In this document: positions 56,571 through 64,000 of the stretch, in pieces
How positions within the stretch are numbered: the first letter of the stretch is position 1
Layout: each line of letters begins with the position of its first letter
NCBI GenBank assembly: GCA_964471865.1
Contig: CAYYHU010000001.1
Span: 76,921 to 140,920 of the forward strand
DNA: 64,000 nt
Direction of reading: 5' to 3'
Source of the DNA: an uncultured Ilumatobacteraceae bacterium
GTDB lineage: Bacteria > Actinomycetota > Acidimicrobiia > Acidimicrobiales > Ilumatobacteraceae
Position numbers and translations under genes: made by a program
The notes under the pieces: model-generated
What the model was told of the DNA's origin: nothing
Database searches by the model: none
Seen by the model: only the letters and a program-made list of their open reading frames with translations

Positions 56571-58156
56571 CCTTCGTGCCCCCCGTCCTCGGTCTCGTGA
56601 TGGGTCTCAGGGTTGGCGGGAACCACCACGAGCGGCTCGGGTTCGATGAAATCGGTTCGAGCCTCGACGTGGGTGACCAGACGATCGACGCTGGGCTGGA
56701 TCCGGTCCAACATCGGCTTGGGATAGATACCGCAGAACACGATCGCCACAGCGAAGGGAGCGAGAACCATCGCCTCGCGCAGCTTGAGCTCAGGGAACGA
56801 TCGGTTCGCGTCATCGGGTTCACCGTGGAAGACTCGCTGATAGGCCCACAGCAGATACAACGCCGCCAGAATCACGCCGACTGCAGCCACGACGGCCCAC
56901 CAGCGTGCCGAGGCGAAGGCCCCGATGAGAATCAGGAATTCCCCGACGAATCCGTTGAGACCGGGAACACCGATCGAGGACAACATGACCAGGGTAAACA
57001 CGCCCGCAAAGATCGGCGCCACATGTTGAAGGCCTCGAAGTTCCGAGATCTGGCGGGTGTGGCGACGCTCGTAGATCATGCCCACGAGGAGGAACAGCGC
57101 TCCGGTGGACACCCCGTGGTTGATCATCTGAAGCACTCCACCCCCGATCGCTTGGGAGGTGATCGCAAAGGTTCCCAACACGATGAACCCCAAGTGCGCG
57201 ACCGATGAATAGGCCACGAGACGCTTGAGGTCTTTTTGCATCGTGGCCACGATGGCGCCGTAGAGGATGCCGATCACGCCCAAGGTCAGGAACAAGGGTC
57301 GGCTCCATACGGCGGCTTCGGGGAACAGATACAGCCCAAAGCGCAACAAGCCATAGGTCCCGAGTTTCAACAGCACACCCGCCAGGATCACCGAACCTGC
57401 GGTCGGCGCCTGGGTGTGGGCATCGGGGAGCCAGGTATGAAGCGGGAACACCGGCACCTTCACCGCAAAGGCGACGGCGAAGGCGAAGAACAGCCATCGA
57501 CCGGTGCTCGCAGCGAAGTTCGATCCTTCGGCGAGTTCGACGAGATCGAAGGTGACCTTGCCGAGGTCGTTGCGAGCCAACAGCACGGTGGCGATGGTGC
57601 CCACGAGCATGAAGGCGCTGCCCGCCATGGTGTACAGGAAGAACTTCGTCGCCGCTCTCACCCGATCGTCGTAGCCCCAACCGCCGATGAGGAAATACAT
57701 CGGGACGAGGACGATTTCGAAGAACACGAAGAACAGGAACAAATCCAGGCTCATGAAGCTGCCCATGACTCCGGCCTGAAGGAACAACAACCAGGCCAGA
57801 TAGGGCTTGGCGTCGTGATGGGGATCCACCCCGGCGATGACGAGGGGGAACAGCACCCCGGTCAACACGACGAGGAACAGCGAGATCCCGTCGACTCCCA
57901 GATGCCAGGAAATCCCCCAAGAATCGATCCAGGTGTGTTTGGACACGAACTGGAATCCGTCATCGGCGGTATCGAACGAGGTCAGCAACCACACCGAAAG
58001 ACCACCGGTGATCACCGAGGCGATCAACGCGGTGAAGCGCACGGCATCGGGTCGCCGACCGTTGAGCGCCAGAACGAGCACCGCGCCCACGACGGGAACG
58101 ATGATGAGCGAGGTGAGGATCGGGAATCCCAACACCGATGATCCGGCCGCCAACAT
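56567..58156 (-). CDS. nuoM: NADH-quinone oxidoreductase subunit M
   Basis: Antiporter-like subunit. The start MLAAGSSVLGFPIL overlaps the nuoL stop (ATGA at 58154-58158). Confidence 0.9.
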   Translation of the reverse strand: MLAAGSSVLGFPILTSLIIVPVVGAVLVLALNGRRPDAVRFTALIASVITGGLSVWLLTSFDTADDGFQFVSKHTWIDSWGISWHLGVDGISLFLVVLTGVLFPLVIAGVDPHHDAKPYLAWLLFLQAGVMGSFMSLDLFLFFVFFEIVLVPMYFLIGGWGYDDRVRAATKFFLYTMAGSAFMLVGTIATVLLARNDLGKVTFDLVELAEGSNFAASTGRWLFFAFAVAFAVKVPVFPLHTWLPDAHTQAPTAGSVILAGVLLKLGTYGLLRFGLYLFPEAAVWSRPLFLTLGVIGILYGAIVATMQKDLKRLVAYSSVAHLGFIVLGTFAITSQAIGGGVLQMINHGVSTGALFLLVGMIYERRHTRQISELRGLQHVAPIFAGVFTLVMLSSIGVPGLNGFVGEFLILIGAFASARWWAVVAAVGVILAALYLLWAYQRVFHGEPDDANRSFPELKLREAMVLAPFAVAIVFCGIYPKPMLDRIQPSVDRLVTHVEARTDFIEPEPLVVVPANPETHHETEDGGHEG

Positions 58157-60063
58157 CACAGCACCCCCCGCAGGTAGAACCACGCGAGGACGGCCAGCGC
58201 CCCCAGACCGACGATCGCCGCGTAGGTACGCACCAAGCCGCTTTGAGCTCGACGGATGAACCCGCCCGTGGAGCGCACCGCCGTTCCCGATCCCCGGACT
58301 GCGCCGTCGACGACTTTGGAGTCGAACCAGGCCGTGGCGTCGAAGGCTTGTCGCCCGGGTCCACCCATGAACGCACTGACGGCTTTGTCATAGCCCCAGC
58401 CCTGTTCGAGGACTGCGGGTTCGACAGCCCGGAACCGCTTGGCCGAGTAGACCGCGATCGCAGCGGCAATACCGATGATTGCGATGACCGCCGAGACGAC
58501 TGCGAGGACGACCTTGAGATCCTTGGTTCCCGAGGACAGGCTGCGCTCACCGGCCTCCACCACGGGATGCAACCACCGCTCGAGGAAATGCAGATCCTTG
58601 GTGAAGGGCAGATTCAAACCGCCCCCCACGATCGACAAACCGGCCAGAACCACGAGGGGTGCGAGCATGATCGCCGGGGACTCGTGGGGGCGATGGTCTC
58701 CATGGGCGCCATGCTCCTCGGCGGCATCGTGCCAACGGGCCTCTCCGAAGAAGACCAGGATCACCTGACGGGTCATGTAATACGCGGTCATCAGCGCTGC
58801 GACGAGAACGAGGACCCCGATCACCGGGGCCTTGTCCCAGGCGTACACGAGGATCTCGTCCTTGGACCAGAAACCGGCAAACGGCGGTACTCCAGCGATC
58901 GCCAGCCAGCCGATGATGAACGTGATGGCGGTGACGGGCATGAGCACCCGCAGGGCTCCCATGCGGCGCATGTCTTGTTCGTGGTGCATTCCGTGAATCA
59001 CCGAACCGGACCCCAGGAACAACAAGGCCTTGAAGAAAGCGTGGGTCACCATGTGGAAGATCGCCGCCACATACGCGCCCGATCCCACCGCGATGAACAT
59101 GAAGCCCAACTGGCTGACCGTGGAGTAGGCCAGGACCTTTTTGATGTCGTTCTGAGCGATCGCGATCGATGCAGCGAACAAGGCCGTGGCGACACCGACG
59201 ATCACGATGATGGTGGGCGCCCAATCGTAGGAATGCGCAAGCACCGGATTCACCCGGGTCATCAAGAACACCCCGGCGGTGACCATCGTGGCGGCGTGGA
59301 TGAGAGCCGACACCGGCGTCGGTCCTTCCATGGCGTCGGGAAGCCAGAGATACAGAGGGAACTGGGCGCTCTTGCCCACCGCACCGATGAAGAGCATCAA
59401 GGCGATGGCCGTGGCCGTGGCCGCCGACAACAGCCCGTCTTCAGCCGCAGCGTTGATCCCGCGATAGCTGAGAGTGCCAACGGCTCCAAAGGCGAGGAAC
59501 ATCGCCATCATGACACCCCAGTCACCGACTCGGTTGGTGACGAAGGCCTTCTTGCCAGCCGTGGCGGCGCTGTCGCGTTCATGCCAGAACGAGATCAAGA
59601 AGTACGAACACGCACCCACGCCTTCCCATCCGAGGAAGGTGACGAGCAGGTTCTCGCCGAGCACCAGAACCAGCATCGAGGTGGCGAACAAGTTCAGATA
59701 CAAGAAGAACTTCGAAAACCGTGGGTCTCCGTGCATGTACCCGATGGCGTACAGGTGGATGAGCGATCCGATACCGGTGACGAAGAGCGCCATCGTGATG
59801 CTCAAAGGATCGGCGAGGAAGGCGAGATCCACCTGGAGTGATCCCACGGGGATCCAGGAGAACAGGGTGACTATCTCTGCTCTATCGGCCTCGTCACGGC
59901 CGAGCAGATCGAAGAACACCCCGGCGGTCACGAGGAAGGACGCCCCCACCATGAGTGTGGCGATCCACCCCGCGCGAGGTTCGCCGAGGCGACGCCCGGC
60001 GATGAGGATGATGAGGAACCCTGTCAGCGGCAGGGCAGGGATCAACCAGACGAGTTCGGCCAT
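58156..60063 (-). CDS. nuoL: NADH-quinone oxidoreductase subunit L
   Basis: 635 aa. MAELVWLIPALPLTGFLIIL plus antiporter-like core and a long C-terminal extension. Confidence 0.92.
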   Translation of the reverse strand: MAELVWLIPALPLTGFLIILIAGRRLGEPRAGWIATLMVGASFLVTAGVFFDLLGRDEADRAEIVTLFSWIPVGSLQVDLAFLADPLSITMALFVTGIGSLIHLYAIGYMHGDPRFSKFFLYLNLFATSMLVLVLGENLLVTFLGWEGVGACSYFLISFWHERDSAATAGKKAFVTNRVGDWGVMMAMFLAFGAVGTLSYRGINAAAEDGLLSAATATAIALMLFIGAVGKSAQFPLYLWLPDAMEGPTPVSALIHAATMVTAGVFLMTRVNPVLAHSYDWAPTIIVIVGVATALFAASIAIAQNDIKKVLAYSTVSQLGFMFIAVGSGAYVAAIFHMVTHAFFKALLFLGSGSVIHGMHHEQDMRRMGALRVLMPVTAITFIIGWLAIAGVPPFAGFWSKDEILVYAWDKAPVIGVLVLVAALMTAYYMTRQVILVFFGEARWHDAAEEHGAHGDHRPHESPAIMLAPLVVLAGLSIVGGGLNLPFTKDLHFLERWLHPVVEAGERSLSSGTKDLKVVLAVVSAVIAIIGIAAAIAVYSAKRFRAVEPAVLEQGWGYDKAVSAFMGGPGRQAFDATAWFDSKVVDGAVRGSGTAVRSTGGFIRRAQSGLVRTYAAIVGLGALAVLAWFYLRGVL

Positions 60064-60073
60064 GATCGCTCCC

Positions 60074-60403
60074 TCAGCCCTTCAATACCGCGAGGTCGTC
60101 AGCGGTGGCGCCCTGACGGCGCCGCATGATCGCCACGATGATTCCCAGTCCGACCACGACCTCGGCTGCGGCCACGACCATGACGAACAACACCACTGTC
60201 TGACCGTCGAGATCGCCAAGGCGATACGCCAACGCCACAAAGGACAGATTCACGGCGTTGAGCATCAACTCGACACACATCAACATCACCAGGGGATTGC
60301 GACGCACGAGAACGCCGACTGCACCGAGTGAGAACAACACTGCAGCCAGAAGCAGATACCAGGTGACGGTCGGCTCGAGGGCCGCCAACATCGCGGCGCT
60401 CAT
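60074..60403 (-). CDS. nuoK: NADH-quinone oxidoreductase subunit K
   Basis: 109-aa three-TM protein in the canonical position between nuoJ and nuoL. Confidence 0.9.
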   Translation of the reverse strand: MSAAMLAALEPTVTWYLLLAAVLFSLGAVGVLVRRNPLVMLMCVELMLNAVNLSFVALAYRLGDLDGQTVVLFVMVVAAAEVVVGLGIIVAIMRRRQGATADDLAVLKG

Positions 60404-60936
60404 GAGGCGACCTCCTTGGTACGCCGAGCGAGGACCACGGTTCCGACCACGGCGATCACCAAGAGCACCGACGTCACCTCGAACGCGACGACGTAATCCG
60501 AAAAGATCGAACGGGCGAGAGCCCGCACATCGGTATCGGGGTCACCGGTGATCGCAGCCGTCGCGATGCCGGGGCCCCGCGGGCCGAGCGAGTCGGTGGA
60601 CGCAGCGATCGATCCGGCGAGAAACACCAACAAACCGATCCCCATGACGACCGCCAGGGGACGCTGAACCGTGATCGGATCGGTTCGCAGATCCTCGGCT
60701 CGGTCGACACCGAGCAACATGATCACGAACAAGAACAACACCACGATGGCCCCGGCGTAGACGATGACCTGAACGGCCGCGAGGAAATGGGCCTCTTGGA
60801 CGACGAACAGCACGGCGACACCGAACAGAGTCAGGATGAGACTCAAAGCCGCATGCACCGGGTTGGGACGCAGGATCACTCCGAGAGCACCCAGAAGGAT
60901 CATCAACGCCGCACAGACGAAAACGAAGAACTCCAT
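60400..60936 (-). CDS. nuoJ: NADH-quinone oxidoreductase subunit J
   Basis: The start [20 protein letters not shown] overlaps the nuoI stop (ATGA at 60934-60938). The 47-codon upstream extension was rejected. Confidence 0.88.
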   Translation of the reverse strand: MEFFVFVCAALMILLGALGVILRPNPVHAALSLILTLFGVAVLFVVQEAHFLAAVQVIVYAGAIVVLFLFVIMLLGVDRAEDLRTDPITVQRPLAVVMGIGLLVFLAGSIAASTDSLGPRGPGIATAAITGDPDTDVRALARSIFSDYVVAFEVTSVLLVIAVVGTVVLARRTKEVAS

Positions 60937-61613
60937 CAGTGGCCGCCCTCCTGCGAGCGGCCGTCGCGCACGTCTTGTGCGGGTTCGGGTGCGCGCACTC
61001 CGTAGCCGAGTTCCCCACTCCAGCCCACGATGCCTTCGAAGTCGGCATCGCCTGAGGGCGCCGTTGCGCGGACCCAACCACTGGTGTTGAGGTCCTCACC
61101 GTCGCGCCAGTCCTCCCAGGGCAACTGCTGCGGGCGCCCATCGAGACCGACGAGCAGTTCGTTCTTGGTGTAGATCGCGTCGCGCCGATTCGTGAAGGAG
61201 AACTCGAACAACTTGGTCTCGGTGATCGCCTCGGTCGGACACGCCTCGACACACAGATCGCAGTGGATGCAACGGAGATAGTTGATCTCGTACACATAGC
61301 CGAAGCGCTCACCCGGCGACGTCGGCTGATCGGGATCGTTGTCGGCCCCGCGCACATAGATGCACTTGGCCGGACAGACACCGGCACACAACTCGCAGCC
61401 GATGCACTTCTCCATTCCGTCCTCGTACCGATTGAGGACGTGACGCCCATGAAGACGTTCGGGCTTGGCGATCTTCGCGTCGCGCTTCACGGTCTTGGCA
61501 TCGGATTCCTTACCGCGAGCCTTGAGCCGGCGATATACCCGACCACCGCTGTATTCCGTGGTGACCCGACGGCCCTGACGGACCGTGACCAGGAAGCCTC
61601 CGAGGTATCCCAT
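60936..61613 (-). CDS. nuoI: NADH-quinone oxidoreductase subunit I
   Basis: Two ferredoxin motifs, [12 protein letters not shown] and [12 protein letters not shown]. Confidence 0.93.
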   Translation of the reverse strand: MGYLGGFLVTVRQGRRVTTEYSGGRVYRRLKARGKESDAKTVKRDAKIAKPERLHGRHVLNRYEDGMEKCIGCELCAGVCPAKCIYVRGADNDPDQPTSPGERFGYVYEINYLRCIHCDLCVEACPTEAITETKLFEFSFTNRRDAIYTKNELLVGLDGRPQQLPWEDWRDGEDLNTSGWVRATAPSGDADFEGIVGWSGELGYGVRAPEPAQDVRDGRSQEGGH

Positions 61614-62839
61614 CAGAACATCGCCCCCTCTCGTTCACGACGCGTCGCTGCCACCTTCAACGCCGCCACCAGGAGGCCGAAGCAGGCCAGCAGTGCCACG
61701 AGTGACACCACCGTCACCGCCACGATGTTCCAGTCCTGATCGCGACCGACACGCTGAGCGGCCAGCAACAAGAACCACCCCAGCGAGGACGGAATCAAGA
61801 TCTTCCATCCGAGATCCATCAACTGGTCGTACCGGAACCGGGGAAGCGTGGCCCGGAACCAGACGTAGACGTACAAGAACACCAAGACCTTGAGCAGGAA
61901 CCACACGGTGCCCTCGAGGTCGTTGGGGATCAGGGGGATGTCCAGCGTCGTTCCGTTGATCGACAACGGCTGCGGACCACCCAGGAACAGCGTCACCATG
62001 ATTCCCGACATCGTGACGACGTTCATGAACTCGGCCAGGAAGAACAAGGCGAAGCGAATCGAGGAGTACTCGGTGTTGAAGCCGCCCACGAGTTCCTGTT
62101 CGGCCTCCACGAGGTCGAAGGGCGGACGGTTCAGTTCGGCTGTCGCCGCCATCAAGAAGATGATGAACGGGACGAAACCCGTGGACACGAGATGCCAGTC
62201 GCCGAGCGATCCCTGCACGCCGATCATCCCCGAGGTCGACAGGGTTCCCGCCACCAAGAGCACGCTGGCGAGACTCAGGCCCAGCGCAGCTTCATAGCTG
62301 ACCATCTGGGCCGAGGCTCGCACCGACCCCAACAACGGGTACTTGGACCCTGACGCCCATCCGGCGAGCATGATTCCGTACACCGCGATCGACGACAGTG
62401 CCAGCACCAGCAGGATTCCCACCGGGGGATCCGCCAACTGCACGCGGGTCGTCTCACCGAACCAGGTGACGAGACCATCGCCCCCGTCGCGGAAGTCTCC
62501 GCCCAAGGGGATGACGGCGAACACGAGAAAAGCGGGAACGAGCGACAGATACGGAGCCAACCGGAATACCAAACGGTCCGAGCGCTCCGGGATGAGATCC
62601 TCTTTGAAGAACAACTTGGTGCCATCGGCGAGGGTCTGCAACAAACCGAAGGGACCTGCTTTGTTCGGACCGACCCGGTTCTGCATGGTGGCGATCGTTC
62701 GCCGCTCGAACCACACCATGAACATGGTGACGAGAAGTCCGACCACGAAGACCACTGCGACCTTGAGGATCACGATCAACACGACCCGCAGGCCGATATC
62801 GCCCACGAGCATCGGGTCGAGCGACATCACCGGACTCAT
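61613..62839 (-). CDS. nuoH: NADH-quinone oxidoreductase subunit H
   Basis: 408-aa polytopic protein ([28 protein letters not shown]). Overlaps the nuoG stop by 4 nt. Confidence 0.93.
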   Translation of the reverse strand: MSPVMSLDPMLVGDIGLRVVLIVILKVAVVFVVGLLVTMFMVWFERRTIATMQNRVGPNKAGPFGLLQTLADGTKLFFKEDLIPERSDRLVFRLAPYLSLVPAFLVFAVIPLGGDFRDGGDGLVTWFGETTRVQLADPPVGILLVLALSSIAVYGIMLAGWASGSKYPLLGSVRASAQMVSYEAALGLSLASVLLVAGTLSTSGMIGVQGSLGDWHLVSTGFVPFIIFLMAATAELNRPPFDLVEAEQELVGGFNTEYSSIRFALFFLAEFMNVVTMSGIMVTLFLGGPQPLSINGTTLDIPLIPNDLEGTVWFLLKVLVFLYVYVWFRATLPRFRYDQLMDLGWKILIPSSLGWFLLLAAQRVGRDQDWNIVAVTVVSLVALLACFGLLVAALKVAATRREREGAMF

Positions 62840-64000
62840 AAGGTCTCCACCCGGACGTCGGTGACACTCGCAGTCAGGTCGATGAGCAGGCGGATGTCAG
62901 CACCGGTCTGATTGAACGGTGACCACACACAGCCACGCATGACGCCATCGTCGGCCACGACGGGCAACACGACCGACGTCCGAGCTCCCACGACGTTCAC
63001 CGAATCACCATCACGAACACCGAGACGCTCGAGATCCCGAGAATGGACATGCAGCGCTGCGCTACGAGCCAGAGGCTCGAGATGCGGAGAGGTCACCGTC
63101 CCCACCGCCCGGTCATACAACGTGCGCGACACCACGAGGCGGAAGTCATACGCGTTCCGACCCGGCGCGTGCAAGACCGCAGCATCGGTGCGCTCCACCG
63201 GAGCTGTCGCACCGAGAACTCCGTCGGTGGCACCGCGGCCGTTCGCGACCTCCACCACGGCGTTCCCGAAGGCTCCGAGTTGAGCCGCCATCTGGGCCCT
63301 CAGGTCCTCGATGGTGGACATCTCGAGGTCGATCCCGAGCCGCTCGGCAATCTCGACTGCGATCATCCAATCCGCACGGGCGGTACCCCGGGGGGTCACG
63401 CGCTGAGCGACCGGGGAGACCCGACCTTCCAGGTTGGTCGTGGTACCGGAGCGTTCGTGCGGACCAGCCGCCGGTAACACGACATCCGCGATCGAGCTGG
63501 ACGCGGTCAGGTGCGTGTCGATGGCGATCACTCGCCGGGCACCCGCCAGAGCTCGCCGCGCGAGATCGGCATCGGGGACGTCAGCGATCGGATCGGCACC
63601 CAACAGGATCAGACAGCTCACACCGCCCGCTCCAGCACGCTCGAGCACCGGAGCCGGACCGTTTTGGGACCCGACCATTCCGGCCTGCACCGCACCACGA
63701 ACGTTGCCGCGCCGCAGCACCGGAAGAACTCGGGCCTGGGGGACGAGCTCACGAATGGCCGTCACTGCCGCCATGGTGTGCTCAGCGGCTTCTGCCAGAT
63801 TCGAGCGCCCCGCCACGATGACGACATCGCCCGATGCGAGTTGTTCAGCGATCTCGTGCCGGGCCAAGGTGTCGCGCACGGTCTCGGCCTGAGTCCCCGG
63901 CATGGTCGGAACCTGAGTCCAGGTGACCCCACTGAGACCCGTGGCCCGCGGCGAGAATTCGATGATCCGGCTGCGGCGCTTCTCCGCCGCATCACGAAGC
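62836..64000 (-). CDS. nuoG: NADH-quinone oxidoreductase subunit G, C-terminal part (continues beyond window end)
   Basis: The frame stays open from 63903 to 64000 (..RDAAEKRRSRIIEFSPRATGLSGVTWTQVPTMPGTQ..). Molybdopterin-oxidoreductase-like C-terminal region, in operon position. Confidence 0.85.
   Translation of the reverse strand, partial: LRDAAEKRRSRIIEFSPRATGLSGVTWTQVPTMPGTQAETVRDTLARHEIAEQLASGDVVIVAGRSNLAEAAEHTMAAVTAIRELVPQARVLPVLRRGNVRGAVQAGMVGSQNGPAPVLERAGAGGVSCLILLGADPIADVPDADLARRALAGARRVIAIDTHLTASSSIADVVLPAAGPHERSGTTTNLEGRVSPVAQRVTPRGTARADWMIAVEIAERLGIDLEMSTIEDLRAQMAAQLGAFGNAVVEVANGRGATDGVLGATAPVERTDAAVLHAPGRNAYDFRLVVSRTLYDRAVGTVTSPHLEPLARSAALHVHSRDLERLGVRDGDSVNVVGARTSVVLPVVADDGVMRGCVWSPFNQTGADIRLLIDLTASVTDVRVETL

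Overview
All calls below rest on reading the supplied ORF translations and the DNA by eye. No searches or computations were run, so family names are motif-level recognitions.

The window is a densely coding, very GC-rich chromosomal segment of actinobacterial type. The taxon is an inference from mycothiol-type DinB/MDMPI proteins, KorAB, a Rho with an RD-rich insert, and HAIR-like and GlnR-like operator sequences.

Most of it is housekeeping:
- rpiB-glyA (0.1-1.9 kb) and prfA-prmC (6-7.9 kb)
- korAB (9.9-12.8 kb)
- argS-lysA-hom-thrC-rho-rpmE (33.6-41.7 kb, minus strand), with no thrB
- one tRNA-Arg(CCG)
- amtB-glnK (49.3-51 kb)
- the distal nuo operon, nuoG(partial)-H-I-J-K-L-M-N (55-64 kb)

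Between prfA and rpmE lie about 25.7 kb of more accessory-looking genes:
- hsp20, an O-methyltransferase and a DUF192 protein, with korAB also in this block
- five SDR genes
- an LppM-like lipoprotein, a pair of small paralogous proteins, and an HtpX-DUF2510 fusion
- xthA
- a GT4-fusion/GH130/ATP-grasp glyco-module
- a TetR-controlled Rieske oxygenase operon

I found no CRISPR array, transposase, integrase, prophage or recognisable defence gene.

The best candidates for undescribed biology, none of them proven:
1. A translationally coupled trio of a histidine-phosphatase-like protein, a DUF3090 Zn-ribbon protein and a PI3/4-kinase-like SCO1664-family protein (53.1-55.0 kb). Here the phosphatase reads RRG where the catalytic RHG motif is expected.
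2. A 773-aa GT4 glycosyltransferase with an unassigned ~370-aa C-terminal domain, coupled to a GH130 gene and divergent from a RimK-like ATP-grasp ligase (21.3-25.6 kb).
3. A stand-alone OmpR-type winged-helix protein plus a GlnR-box-like array upstream of amtB-glnK, followed by an FrhB-like flavo-FeS protein where glnD usually sits.
4. A pair of ATGA-coupled paralogous small beta-rich proteins next to HtpX-DUF2510.

Smaller observations are an S9 peptidase-TerB fusion, three 15-nt tandem repeats in front of the Rieske gene, and an in-frame-stop-interrupted sortase-substrate-like gene next to the tRNA.

Start codons are the least certain part of every CDS call.
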